A stretch of 64,000 bases of DNA, taken from a bacterium. GTDB lineage: Bacteria > Patescibacteriota > Minisyncoccia > Phycocordibacterales > CAIZLB01. Below, one piece after another: positions 47,650-57,951 of the stretch. Both the position numbers and the translations under genes were made by a program. The DNA lies in the NCBI GenBank assembly GCA_037142735.1, contig JBAXAB010000001.1:36915-100914 (forward strand), given 5' to 3'. Numbering within the stretch: the stretch's first letter is position 1; the number at the start of each line of letters is the position of its first letter. The notes under the pieces are model-generated. The model did no database searches, was not told where the DNA came from, and worked only from the letters and a program-made list of their open reading frames with translations.

Positions 47650-47889
47650 TTACCCGTTTATAATACTTTTTATGAAGTGGAAAATATCTACCAAATCGTT
47701 CCATACAAGAATCAAGAGGTCTTTAACATAGAGTCCAAATTCTCTGACTGCAGGTTTAGCCAACACTGTCGTAATATTAATACCCAACAGATGAAGCATG
47801 ACTATTGAAATAATAATGGCTACGATGAATTCGATAAATCCTCCTGATTTGTTACGATAGCCTTTGTACCTTTGTAAATTATGCTTCAT
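47650..47889 (-). CDS. Small type IV pilin/pseudopilin-like protein (79 aa), tentative.
   Basis: N-terminus KSGGFIEFIVAIIISIVML resembles a prepilin class III signal (G|FxxxE). The start overlaps the asnB stop by ~11 nt. No RBS seen. Confidence 0.35.
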   Translation of the reverse strand: MKHNLQRYKGYRNKSGGFIEFIVAIIISIVMLHLLGINITTVLAKPAVREFGLYVKDLLILVWNDLVDIFHFIKSIING

Positions 47890-49768
47890 TTAATTTATCT
47901 GTTAACAACTGTGCTAATTGATCCTGATCTTTAGCTTTTATGTATATATCATACCATAGTGAAAGCATGAGGAGAACAAAAATTCGACGTGAAGTATCCA
48001 CAGCACCACTGGCGTGATCATCAAAAAGCTTTGTGACTACTGATACATTAAAATCACTCTTTATAAGTTCATTATTTAATACATAACGACGAATAGCTGA
48101 CGGGTTTGCCTTAAGCCAATGTTTAATTGGAGTTGGAAATCCAAGTTTTTTACGTCCTGCAGTCGTTTGAGGCAAAATATTTTTGAAGGCTTGACGTAAT
48201 GCATATTTTGTTGTTCCAGCGTAATATTTTAAGCTGTCTGGAATAGTGGACGAAACTCTGTAAACTTCCATATCAAGGAATGGTACACGTGCCTCCAATG
48301 AATGCGCCATGGTCATTTTGTCTGCCTTGGCCAAAATATCTCCTGGCAACCAATAATTAATATCTACCATTTGCATCTTTTTAGAGTCAGAAAGGCCTGT
48401 GAGTTTTCCATAAAAACTTGACAGGAGAGGGGCGCTTTTCACTTCTCCACTTCCCTCTTTTAATATTGAGAGAACTTCATTTTCAGAAAAAACTCGGGCA
48501 TTTCCAATATATCTTTCTTCAATTGGTAGTAAAACTCGGCGTAAATAATTTTTTCCAAAGAAGTTAAAGGGCAACTTTGTACATAGTCTTATTAGAAACT
48601 TTGGGACCCAAGAAATTGCTTTGAGTGCAAACGGTTCTCGATAAATATTATAGCCTCCAAATAATTCATCAGAGCCCTCGCCCGACAGAACAACTTTCAC
48701 TTTTTTAGAAGCCTCACGAGCTAAAAAATATAATGCGACCGCCGATGGATCAGCGACAGGCTGATCGAAGTGCCATGCGATCTTGGGCAAGTTTTTTAAA
48801 TACTCATCAAAATTAATTTTTATTTCTGTATGGTTGGTTCCTAATATATCAGAAACTTCACGTGCCTCACTGTGCTCGCTAACTTCGTTAAAACCAATTG
48901 TAAAAGTTTGTACTGGATCTAATCCATTCGCCGTGCGAATCTGTTGCATTAACGTCACAATGATCGCACTATCAATACCACCTGACAGAAAGGCTCCTAC
49001 AGGAACATCACTGATCATGTGATGTTCGACTGAATCCTTCATAACGTCAAAGATCTTTTTTTGATAATCATCTGCATCCGAATCTTTATTAAATGTGTAT
49101 TCCCAATATTTTTTTATTTCAAAAGATTTGTTGTTAAGATCCACAGTCATTGTGTGCCCAGGTAGTAATGTATAAATATCTTTAAATAATGTTTCTTCAA
49201 GTGGGTTATATTGAAACTCTAAATACAAAGGCAAAACTTTCCTATTTAACTCAATCTTGTATCGATCATCCTTCAATAAAGCTTTTATTTCTGAAGCGTA
49301 AGAAGCGATCTTGCCTACAGAATCTACACGATAGTAAAGTGGCTTGATCCCAAATTGATCCCGAGCAATAAATAAAGTATTTTTCTTTCTATCAAAGATT
49401 GAAAACCCAAACATTCCGCGTAATTTGTCCACCATTTTTTTTCCATACTCTTCATACAAATGCACTAAGGTTTCAGTGTCACTTTCAGTTTTAAAAATGT
49501 GCCCCTTCCCTTTCAGATCAATAGACAATTCTTTATAATTATAAATCTCGCCGTTAAAAACAATCGTGATTGTCCCGTCTTCATTCGAAATCGGCTGGTG
49601 ACCACGACTCAGATCAATAATTGACAAGCGGCGCATGCCAAACGCAAATAAATTTTCAATCAAAAATCCGTCATCGTCGGGCCCTCGATGAGTGATTTCA
49701 CCCACCATCGACTTGATAGCTTTTTCATTTATATCTTTACCCGCAATAATACCAGCAATTCCACACAT
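47879..49768 (-). CDS. asnB: Asparagine synthetase B (glutamine-hydrolysing).
   Basis: N-terminal MCGIAG Ntn amidotransferase, PP-loop SGGIDS. Confidence 0.95.
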   Translation of the reverse strand: MCGIAGIIAGKDINEKAIKSMVGEITHRGPDDDGFLIENLFAFGMRRLSIIDLSRGHQPISNEDGTITIVFNGEIYNYKELSIDLKGKGHIFKTESDTETLVHLYEEYGKKMVDKLRGMFGFSIFDRKKNTLFIARDQFGIKPLYYRVDSVGKIASYASEIKALLKDDRYKIELNRKVLPLYLEFQYNPLEETLFKDIYTLLPGHTMTVDLNNKSFEIKKYWEYTFNKDSDADDYQKKIFDVMKDSVEHHMISDVPVGAFLSGGIDSAIIVTLMQQIRTANGLDPVQTFTIGFNEVSEHSEAREVSDILGTNHTEIKINFDEYLKNLPKIAWHFDQPVADPSAVALYFLAREASKKVKVVLSGEGSDELFGGYNIYREPFALKAISWVPKFLIRLCTKLPFNFFGKNYLRRVLLPIEERYIGNARVFSENEVLSILKEGSGEVKSAPLLSSFYGKLTGLSDSKKMQMVDINYWLPGDILAKADKMTMAHSLEARVPFLDMEVYRVSSTIPDSLKYYAGTTKYALRQAFKNILPQTTAGRKKLGFPTPIKHWLKANPSAIRRYVLNNELIKSDFNVSVVTKLFDDHASGAVDTSRRIFVLLMLSLWYDIYIKAKDQDQLAQLLTDKLNEA

Positions 49769-49778
49769 GTTTTTATAA

Positions 49779-51095
49779 TTATATTTTAGGCCAGTATAAC
49801 ATAGGGTCTAAATAGGCATCGATTGGTGATACTGGCATAGTTAAATTTTTACCAGGACATGAGGCACTGGGTCTGGTCATAACATTCACTGCTGTTGAGA
49901 CGTAGGCACTTATATGAACATGTGGCCCTGTACTATAGCCTGTATTACCACTGTATCCGATGACTTGCCCTGCCTGAACACTATCCCCTGTTTTCACCCC
50001 AATGACCGACAAGTGCCCGTAAGTAGCCGCCAACCCATTATTAAACTTTATAAGTATCCATCGTCCAAATGACACTCTCCTACAATCCAAATCGGTATCT
50101 CCCGCACCTGCAACTACTCCACTGGCCAGAGCCTTGACCGGGGTTCCAATCGGCACCCCAAAGTCTACTCCATTATGAGAACCAGACACATATAATTTTT
50201 TAGCTCCTACTGTTCTTCCGAAATATTGCGTAATACGCACATCATCAACTGGCCAGCCGAGTGGAGAACTTCCTGGAACTGGTAACGCATTCGGGTCAGC
50301 ATTAAATTTTAATTTAGATTCGTAGAGGAAGACTTCTTGTTCGAAGGCATTTTTTTGAGCAGTTCGATCTGCGACCAATGTTTGATATGTTTTTTCCTGA
50401 GACTTAGTGTCAACTAGAATTTTTTGTTGCTCAGTTTTTGTATATTCAACCACTTTCTTTTTCCCATCTAATTGGGTTTTTAAATCCGCCAATTCTTTCT
50501 TTGTTTTTTCTACTGCAGTTTTATTATCCTCAAGTTTCTTTTTTTCATTAAGAATGGAGGTGACTTTATCTTTAATGCTGTTGTTAAATTGGGCTTGATC
50601 ATCGAGCCGACCAAAAAAATCAGAAAAACTTTTATCGTTCAATAATGTTACTACCACATGGAAATTATCGTTTTGAGAGATTTCACGCAAACTTTTTTCT
50701 AACCCGTCTTGAAGAATACTGATCTTGCTTTTAGAATCAGTAATCTTTGAGTTGAGTTGTTTAATACTGAGATTGGTAGCATCGATTTGAGTTTGAATTT
50801 TTTTAGTTTCTAGCGTAAGCTTTTGACGATCCTTTTCAAGCGAATTAATAACTTGTTTTAATGTTGACGATTGTTGATTAGCCTCCGAAGCCAGACTTTG
50901 ATATTTCGCAATTTCAACATTTAAGGCTTGAATTTTCTGATTCTTGTCATCAATTTGTTTCTGTAGATCAGCCACATTCACATCTGCATTGGCAGATTTA
51001 CCTAAAACTGTAAGGCCGACCAAAACAAAAATCGCCAAGGCCGAACCTAGGAGATGTATACCTTTTTTACATGTAGATGAATTATTCGTTTTCAT
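49779..51095 (-). CDS. M23 family peptidase with N-terminal signal and coiled coils (EnvC/LytM-like).
   Basis: C-terminal LytM domain (HNGVDFGVPIGTPVKA..GYSGNTGYSTGPHVHISAY). Long coiled-coil N-terminal half. Confidence 0.9.
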   Translation of the reverse strand: MKTNNSSTCKKGIHLLGSALAIFVLVGLTVLGKSANADVNVADLQKQIDDKNQKIQALNVEIAKYQSLASEANQQSSTLKQVINSLEKDRQKLTLETKKIQTQIDATNLSIKQLNSKITDSKSKISILQDGLEKSLREISQNDNFHVVVTLLNDKSFSDFFGRLDDQAQFNNSIKDKVTSILNEKKKLEDNKTAVEKTKKELADLKTQLDGKKKVVEYTKTEQQKILVDTKSQEKTYQTLVADRTAQKNAFEQEVFLYESKLKFNADPNALPVPGSSPLGWPVDDVRITQYFGRTVGAKKLYVSGSHNGVDFGVPIGTPVKALASGVVAGAGDTDLDCRRVSFGRWILIKFNNGLAATYGHLSVIGVKTGDSVQAGQVIGYSGNTGYSTGPHVHISAYVSTAVNVMTRPSASCPGKNLTMPVSPIDAYLDPMLYWPKI

Positions 51096-52212
51096 GAGAA
51101 AGTCCTATTTTAAGAAGCTCTCTCGCTATCACATTAGATGCATTTTTCTGGGCAGTTTTTTGGGTCGCGTGTCTCATTCTTTCATTTACAGTGGCATTTG
51201 AAATAATACGATCAATTTCATTACAAATAATATTTGAACTAAGATTTGACTCTTCAATGACTACTGCCGCTCCATCTCGTGCATAATTGTACGCGTTCTT
51301 TCTCTGATGATCACCGTTTGAATTAGTAATCGGCACAATAATAGAAGGTAACCCCCAACATGCAATCTCAAAAATACTTGATCCTCCTCGTGATATGACC
51401 AATGAAGCACTTCCTGCGGACATTCTAAGAGCAATAGTAGTGAGGTAGTCAAATGGTCGATAACGATCCTTATGAGGATGGCCTTCGAGGGCGACGTTAG
51501 CGATTCCCTTCACACTCGTGATGTTGGATCGGCCCACCTGGTGAATTATCTGATATTTATTTAACAATACAGGTAATGAGTTTAAAATAGCATCGTTGAT
51601 AATCTGAGCACCTGATGAACCACCTAAGATTAAAATAACCGGTACGTCTTTTTCTAAGTTTAAATATTCAAAAGCACCAGTGCTTAAAACATCACGAATT
51701 TCTCGACGAACTGGCTGGCCTGTATACGCCACTTTATCCTTTGGAAAAAATTCTCCGGCTTCCTTGTATGAGACTGCGATTCTGGCTGCAAACTTACCAG
51801 CCCATGCATTCACACGGCCTGGCACGCTGTCGGATTCGTGAATAAACACAGGTATACCTAAAATTCTAGCTGCCAAATATGCCGGAAAACTTGTATATGC
51901 ACCTTTTCCAAAGACTACATCTGGAAAAATAAAAAACATTTTAACTAATCCAACCAAACATCCCCAGGCCATTTTGAACTTATCAAAGAAATTCAACACT
52001 GACTTGTATAGACGTTTTTTTCCTGCCGGCACATCAACGAACTTAATATCCAGGTCAAACAGTTCCTTTTCGTTATAAGGGTTATTCGACATGAAATAAA
52101 CCTGTGGTTCTAGGATTTTCTCCTCCCTGGAAATTTCACGAATAGATTCTGCCACTGCAATTAAAGGGTAAAAATGCCCTCCACTTCCCCCACCTGTCAT
52201 CAAGATTTTCAT
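51082..52212 (-). CDS. murG: UDP-GlcNAc--undecaprenyl-PP-MurNAc-pentapeptide GlcNAc transferase MurG.
   Basis: MKILMTGGGSGGHFYPLIAVAE, GT28 N- and C-terminal domains. Overlaps the M23 peptidase gene by 14 nt. Confidence 0.93.
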   Translation of the reverse strand: MKILMTGGGSGGHFYPLIAVAESIREISREEKILEPQVYFMSNNPYNEKELFDLDIKFVDVPAGKKRLYKSVLNFFDKFKMAWGCLVGLVKMFFIFPDVVFGKGAYTSFPAYLAARILGIPVFIHESDSVPGRVNAWAGKFAARIAVSYKEAGEFFPKDKVAYTGQPVRREIRDVLSTGAFEYLNLEKDVPVILILGGSSGAQIINDAILNSLPVLLNKYQIIHQVGRSNITSVKGIANVALEGHPHKDRYRPFDYLTTIALRMSAGSASLVISRGGSSIFEIACWGLPSIIVPITNSNGDHQRKNAYNYARDGAAVVIEESNLSSNIICNEIDRIISNATVNERMRHATQKTAQKNASNVIARELLKIGLSHENE

Positions 52213-52219
52213 GCTTGTA

Positions 52220-53329
52220 TTATACTATTTTCTTTTGAAACCTCGAAATGTTAATAACTATACCCACTGAGGCTAAAGCAAAGAATAGCGCCGTGCCACC
52301 ATGGCTGATAAATAACAATGGGGTACCGGAGAGTGGAATAATTGCCAACATGGCCGCAATATTCAAAAAAGATTGTAGCGAAATAAGCACAATAATACCT
52401 ATGGCTAAAATTGAACCGTATGTTTCCGTGGATCGAATGGCCACCCTAAAACCTTGAAACGTAAACATGAGATACAACATAATAATAGCAAGCGAGCCGA
52501 CGAAACCGAATTCTTCAGAAGCCACTGCAAAAATTGAATCACCAATTGGCTCTGGTAAGAAGTTGAATTTCTGAACACTTTGACCAAAGCCTCGACCAAA
52601 CACACCACCTGACCCAATCGCAATGAGAGACTGTTCAATTTGATAACTACTCCCTCTTGGATCTTTAGATGGATCAATAAAAGTTTTGACTCGTTGCATC
52701 AAATATGGGCGCATAAAAACTAAACAGATCAAACCAACCACACCTGCGAGGCCAATAAGCATAACATGTTTCCACCTTCCCCCCGCAGAAATAAACATGG
52801 CTGTTCCTGCTACTGCAACCACAATAAATGTATCGGTATCAGGCTGCATCAATATAAGACCAGCTGAAATTCCCAACATCACCAAAAATGGCAAGGTTCC
52901 GTATTTAAATGTATTAACTTTATTTTTAGTTGCAGTGAGGAGAGTCGCCAAATACATCACGAAACCTAATTTATAAAATTCAGCTGGTTGAAATGTAAAA
53001 GAACCGATTGAGACCCAACGCCTTGCTCCTCCATGGTAAAAACCAAGACCTGGAATAAACACGGCTAACATTGCCAGGAATGAAAACAAAAAGATCCAAA
53101 ACGACAATTTTCTCCACCAGCTGAAATGAACAACGGACATTGCAAGGCAAGCTACTACACCTGCCCCCAGACCAAACACCAACTGATTAAACATCACAGA
53201 ATAATATTTTACTTCTCCTTTATCGGTATTAGCCAAAAGCCCACTCGACGCAGACAGAAAAATAAAAACTCCAAAAATGACGAGGACAAGAACAATGATA
53301 AGAAAAGGTCTATCAGCTTTTTTCTGCAT
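52220..53329 (-). CDS. ftsW: SEDS-family peptidoglycan glycosyltransferase FtsW/RodA.
   Basis: 10-TM SEDS topology with conserved motifs (GGTALF..). Confidence 0.92.
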   Translation of the reverse strand: MQKKADRPFLIIVLVLVIFGVFIFLSASSGLLANTDKGEVKYYSVMFNQLVFGLGAGVVACLAMSVVHFSWWRKLSFWIFLFSFLAMLAVFIPGLGFYHGGARRWVSIGSFTFQPAEFYKLGFVMYLATLLTATKNKVNTFKYGTLPFLVMLGISAGLILMQPDTDTFIVVAVAGTAMFISAGGRWKHVMLIGLAGVVGLICLVFMRPYLMQRVKTFIDPSKDPRGSSYQIEQSLIAIGSGGVFGRGFGQSVQKFNFLPEPIGDSIFAVASEEFGFVGSLAIIMLYLMFTFQGFRVAIRSTETYGSILAIGIIVLISLQSFLNIAAMLAIIPLSGTPLLFISHGGTALFFALASVGIVINISRFQKKIV

Positions 53330-53349
53330 GTAGATATACTATATCAAAA

Positions 53350-53847
53350 TTATTTATGAACTGAAATAAATGGAAATTCAATAATCTGATGTCTACTCTC
53401 TAAACCAGAGGGATTCTCGGCTGAAATAGATAATTTCATTTTTGTATCACTAGGAGCGTTCAAACCCATATCATCTACAACAAAGGAAAAGTTTGTAGTA
53501 GTACTCGCCCAATCAGTAACATGGATTATGTCTTTATTCACAGCTTCCCAAGTTCCAGTATTGTTTAAAAATAAGAGCTGCCAAGTTCCCGCCTGACCTT
53601 CAAACATTGTCCACGAACAGCCTTTATTTGAATTATCAACTACCCCTGAAATAGTGACAGGCAGACTGACTTGGTCATTTGGTTTAAGAGAAGTAATCTT
53701 GAATGCTTCACATTTTGGCACCTCTACAGTAGTAACTTTTACTGGAGCTTCTTTAAACTTTTGTACATATATATAGACCACCAATAAAACAATGACTATG
53801 ATTAAAAATGGAACAATAAAACCACCTTGATGTTTTTTCATATGCAC
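53350..53847 (-). CDS. Hypothetical protein with N-terminal TM (165 aa), in the position usually held by murD.
   Basis: TM IVPFLIIVIVLLVVYIYV. No motif. Confidence 0.65.
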   Translation of the reverse strand: MHMKKHQGGFIVPFLIIVIVLLVVYIYVQKFKEAPVKVTTVEVPKCEAFKITSLKPNDQVSLPVTISGVVDNSNKGCSWTMFEGQAGTWQLLFLNNTGTWEAVNKDIIHVTDWASTTTNFSFVVDDMGLNAPSDTKMKLSISAENPSGLESRHQIIEFPFISVHK

Positions 53848-53865
53848 AAAATTATATCACAAACC

Positions 53866-54930
53866 CTAGCTGATAAGCGCGACAACGGCCCCTAAAAGTC
53901 CACAAATAATCGAGATGACCCAATAACGCATAGTAACTTTATGCGAAGGCCAGCCCATCGCCTCAAAATGATGATGAAGTGGGGCTATTTTGAAAACTTT
54001 TTTACCAAAATATTTTTTAGAAATAAGCTGAATTGTTGATGACAGAGACGTGACCACTAGAGGGAAAGCTACGATCGGCAACACCAACACTTCTTTAGTT
54101 AGGAAAGCAACAACAGCAAGCGTCACTGTAATACCGATCATTCCGGTCTCCCCCAAATAAAATCTAGCCGGTGGAATATTAAACCAAAGGAAGGCCAAAA
54201 TACCCCCGGCGACTACCGCACAAAAAGCCGCGAGGTCAATTTGATGATTTCCAAAAGCGATCACTGCATATGATACAAACGCCGAAGCCATGACACCTGC
54301 AGCCAATCCATCAATTCCATCAATGACTGAACCCGAGAAAGTCCCAAGCACGACTAATATGAAAAAAGGTACAAACCACAGTCCAAGTGCTAAATCCCCA
54401 TCAAAAGGAATGTGAATTGAGAGGTTGCCAAGTTTAAAATAAAACCACCAAGCACCGACCGCCCCGATTAAAATAACCATAAGCGTACGCATTGTGCGAG
54501 AAATACCATCACTCATTTTTAGATCTTTTCCATAAATCTGTAAAAAGTCGTCAACTAATCCCATTAGTGATGCAAAGAGTAAAATAGCTAAAGGTAAAAT
54601 TGTTTGGTTACGACTCAAGAAATTTAATTTTTCTGCCATTGGGCCCGGAAAAATATATGGCAATACGGACACTAACACGCTGACAATGGCGACTGACAAC
54701 CATACAACTACACCCCCGACTCGCGGGGTCGATGTCTCCCCTTTCTCGTTGTGGATTTTAATAAAAGCAGGAGACATAGCTTCGGTATTTTCATGACTAC
54801 GAGACGCCTTTCTCCACATCTTATACTTGTACATGTATCTAGCTAAAATAGGTGTGATCAAAATCCCAACCATAAAGGTCAAGAATGACGGGAAGATTAT
54901 TTTGATAACATCGATGATTAAGTCGCTCAT
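53866..54930 (-). CDS. mraY: Phospho-N-acetylmuramoyl-pentapeptide transferase MraY.
   Basis: Polytopic, conserved DD and HHH motifs (PLHHHFE). Confidence 0.95.
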   Translation of the reverse strand: MSDLIIDVIKIIFPSFLTFMVGILITPILARYMYKYKMWRKASRSHENTEAMSPAFIKIHNEKGETSTPRVGGVVVWLSVAIVSVLVSVLPYIFPGPMAEKLNFLSRNQTILPLAILLFASLMGLVDDFLQIYGKDLKMSDGISRTMRTLMVILIGAVGAWWFYFKLGNLSIHIPFDGDLALGLWFVPFFILVVLGTFSGSVIDGIDGLAAGVMASAFVSYAVIAFGNHQIDLAAFCAVVAGGILAFLWFNIPPARFYLGETGMIGITVTLAVVAFLTKEVLVLPIVAFPLVVTSLSSTIQLISKKYFGKKVFKIAPLHHHFEAMGWPSHKVTMRYWVISIICGLLGAVVALIS

Positions 54931-54935
54931 GTTTT

Positions 54936-55535
54936 TTAATTTTGTGAAGAAAGATTATTATTGGCCCCCTGCTCTTTTTGCTCCTTAAAATTTTGTAATT
55001 CTATTTGAACTTTTTCAAAGTCTGGTAACTTGCTTAATTCAGACACGCCCAAATGGGCAAGAAGATCAAATGAGGCTGAGTACAAAAATGTACGCGAGTC
55101 CTTCGGATCAGATTTTTTTTCAATTAATCCCCGGACAAGAAGATTTCTAATGATAAAGGATGAATTAACTCCTCGTATATAATCAACATCGCTGCGACGA
55201 ATTGGGCCTTTATACAGAATAATAGACAATGTTTCAAGAGAAGCCTTACCAAGTTCAGCAGACTCTTCTTCCATGCTGATTTTTTTAATAAGTTCTGATG
55301 ATTCTGGGCTTGTAGCCAAGAAAACTTCCATATTTTCAGGTTTTGTGTCCCCAGAATTTTTTATGAGCACGATTCCCCTGTTTTCTAAACTTTTTTCAAG
55401 TACTGGAATATGCTCAATTATCACATCAGTTGCCACAGAAAGCATTCGTGATAATTCCTTAACAGACACAGGGGCAGATTTCCAAAAAAGTATGGATTCG
55501 ATTTGTTGTTCAATTTTATGGGTATGCTGTTCCAT
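54936..55535 (-). CDS. scpB: Segregation and condensation protein B.
   Basis: Tandem winged-helix ScpB signature (ESILFWKSAPVSVKELSRML..). Confidence 0.9.
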   Translation of the reverse strand: MEQHTHKIEQQIESILFWKSAPVSVKELSRMLSVATDVIIEHIPVLEKSLENRGIVLIKNSGDTKPENMEVFLATSPESSELIKKISMEEESAELGKASLETLSIILYKGPIRRSDVDYIRGVNSSFIIRNLLVRGLIEKKSDPKDSRTFLYSASFDLLAHLGVSELSKLPDFEKVQIELQNFKEQKEQGANNNLSSQN

Positions 55536-55539
55536 TGAT

Positions 55540-56283
55540 TTACATGTAGTGAGGTGTGCCTATACTATAACTTTCCATTTCAATTTCATCAAACAAACCA
55601 TTTTGACGTGCGTCGACTGTTCCCTGCTTTACCAGTTCAAGAAGGGCCAGGAAGCTGACGATCACATTCACTTTTTCTGCACGACCTTTATTACTAAAAT
55701 CAGAGAATGACATTTTAATAGCAGATTTAATACGAACTGTAAGATTGTCCATCATTTCCTCTAAGCTGATCACTTTTTGTACTTTAACTTTAGGTAATGC
55801 GGCCTCTGTTTTAGGAAGATTATTCAAGACCCTTCCCATTGCGTCTGTTAGGCCCTGCAAAGTCGCATCGGTTCCTGGATTAAAAAAGATCTCTCGTTGT
55901 GGACTATTTTCTTGGAAAAATAAGACCTTTCGTCCAAAAAGTTTTCTAACTTCTAATGATTGCCGACGCATCACTTCTAATTCCTTGAGGCGCGCTTCCA
56001 AATCCTCAATACTACCCTTTTCGTCTTCAGTCAGTGGCAGGTTTGGTAAAAGAGACTTTGCCTTAATCAGGAGGAGTGTGGATGCGATGAGAATAAATTG
56101 AGTTCGATCATCCATCGAATATTCAGGCAATTGCGAGATGTGATTGATGTATTCGTCAGTGACCGATGCCAATGAAATATCACTAATAAATAATTTACGT
56201 TTTTCCACCAACGACAACAACAAATCCAGAGGTCCTTCGAAGACTTCCGTTTTTATTTTGAATGTTGGCGCGGTGGGCTGCAT
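55540..56283 (-). CDS. scpA: Segregation and condensation protein A.
   Basis: FEGPLDLLLSLVEKRKLFISDISLASVTDEY. Confidence 0.9.
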   Translation of the reverse strand: MQPTAPTFKIKTEVFEGPLDLLLSLVEKRKLFISDISLASVTDEYINHISQLPEYSMDDRTQFILIASTLLLIKAKSLLPNLPLTEDEKGSIEDLEARLKELEVMRRQSLEVRKLFGRKVLFFQENSPQREIFFNPGTDATLQGLTDAMGRVLNNLPKTEAALPKVKVQKVISLEEMMDNLTVRIKSAIKMSFSDFSNKGRAEKVNVIVSFLALLELVKQGTVDARQNGLFDEIEMESYSIGTPHYM

Positions 56284-57746
56284 TATTTAGAAGCTTCTGG
56301 TTTTTTAATCATAATACCCAAATCACGTAATTGATCACCAGAAACTGAACTTGGAGCGTTCATCATGAGGTCTCTTCCTTCTCCAGTCTTTGGAAAAGCC
56401 ATAACTTCACGGATATTTGGCTCGTTCTCTAGGATCATCATAAGGCGATCAAATCCCCATGCGATTCCACCATGAGGTGGCGTTCCACTTTTAAATGCGT
56501 GTAACATGTGACCAAAATTATTTTCTACAGTCTCTTTGTCATAACCCATAATTTCAAAGACCTTTAACAATGATTCTGGTTTATGATTTCGAACACTTCC
56601 TCCTCCGATTTCATATCCATTCAATACAATATCGTATTGTGCCGCCAGTAAAGTATTCATGTCTTCAGATCCAGCGCTACTTGCCATCAATTTTTCATTA
56701 AACTCTGGTTTAACTGCTGAAAATGGATTATGGGTAAAAGTCCAATTACTTGTCCCTGCCCCTGTTCCATTCTTACTAGTCCCGTTTGCATTCTTTTCAT
56801 TTTTTTCAAAGAAGGGAAAATCTATTACCCAGCAAAAAGCCAAGAGGTTCAGATCGTTTTTATCCGCCCGTAAGTCTGGTCGATCAATTTTATATTCTGC
56901 CATTGCTTTCGCATATGGAATTCGAGGAAACGGAACTTCTTGAATTTTTTTGTGTGGATAAAGTTCTGCGACAATTTGAATCAGCAATTGTTCGGTAATC
57001 TGCATTATTTCTTCTTCATCTGCAAAACTTAATTCCATATCCAATTGAGTAAACTCGGGCTGACGATCACCTCTTGTGTCTTCATCACGCATACATTTTG
57101 CCATTTGAAAATATCTTTCAATGCCACCCGCCATCAGTAATTGTTTGTACTGCTGTGGTGATTGAGGTAATGCATAAAAACTTCCTACTTCTAAACGAGA
57201 TGGAACAATAAAGTCACGTGCACCTTCTGGCGTCGATTTGGTGAGAAGTGGCGTTTCAACTTCAGTGAAATTGATACCGGCCAAAAAGTTTCGAATATAC
57301 GTAACAACTTTTGCGCGATTGCGAATATTTTTTTGCAGTCTCTCTCCACGCATATCAACGTAACGGTATTTCAAACGAACCTCCTCATTAATTTCGCGAG
57401 TATCAGAATGAATATCAAAAGGTGGAGTCTCTGCTTCATTCAACACGATCATGCTGAGAATTTCCAATTCAATATCGCCATTAAATTTATCTTTTTGAAT
57501 TGCACGTTCAGGTCGAGTATTCACTTTACCCACAACTTCAACTACCCACTCAGAACGTAACGTTGAACCAACCTTATGTGCTTCTGGAGCAGACGGCAAA
57601 ATCACCCCCTGCACCTTCCCTGTCATATCGCGAAAATCAAAAAAGATCATTTTGCCTTGATCACGACGAACATCAATCCAGCCTTTAATCATAACCTCCT
57701 GCCCGGCAGAAGCCTTTAAATCCTTGATAAATACACGTTTTTTCAT
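56283..57746 (-). CDS. aspS: Aspartate--tRNA ligase, short form (487 aa).
   Basis: N-terminal OB anticodon-binding domain. Class II motifs (FRDMTG.., QLDMELSF, GGGSVRNH motif 3). Confidence 0.88.
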   Translation of the reverse strand: MKKRVFIKDLKASAGQEVMIKGWIDVRRDQGKMIFFDFRDMTGKVQGVILPSAPEAHKVGSTLRSEWVVEVVGKVNTRPERAIQKDKFNGDIELEILSMIVLNEAETPPFDIHSDTREINEEVRLKYRYVDMRGERLQKNIRNRAKVVTYIRNFLAGINFTEVETPLLTKSTPEGARDFIVPSRLEVGSFYALPQSPQQYKQLLMAGGIERYFQMAKCMRDEDTRGDRQPEFTQLDMELSFADEEEIMQITEQLLIQIVAELYPHKKIQEVPFPRIPYAKAMAEYKIDRPDLRADKNDLNLLAFCWVIDFPFFEKNEKNANGTSKNGTGAGTSNWTFTHNPFSAVKPEFNEKLMASSAGSEDMNTLLAAQYDIVLNGYEIGGGSVRNHKPESLLKVFEIMGYDKETVENNFGHMLHAFKSGTPPHGGIAWGFDRLMMILENEPNIREVMAFPKTGEGRDLMMNAPSSVSGDQLRDLGIMIKKPEASK

Positions 57747-57870
57747 GAAGGTTAGTTTAGCAAAAATATGCTTAATTTAAAAGGTTTTGAATTAACACGT
57801 ATATTGACAAATATATATAGATATGGTATCATTAGAAAGTAGACAGATCTTTAAAAGCAGGTCATTGGTA

Positions 57871-57917
57871 GGTTACAGACAACTTCTTGTTTCTTAAGTA
57901 AGTAGTTGTCTGTAACC
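57871..57917 (+). promoter_or_regulatory. Perfect 14-bp inverted repeat (GGTTACAGACAACT-N19-AGTTGTCTGTAACC) just upstream of the island 7 leader. Operator-like and overlaps a weak promoter.
   Basis: Seen directly. Followed by taaGGTTGCGGaaaacaacacaccaccaataccc ATG. Confidence 0.5.
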
Positions 57918-57951
57918 TAAGGTTGCGGAAAACAACACACCACCAATACCC

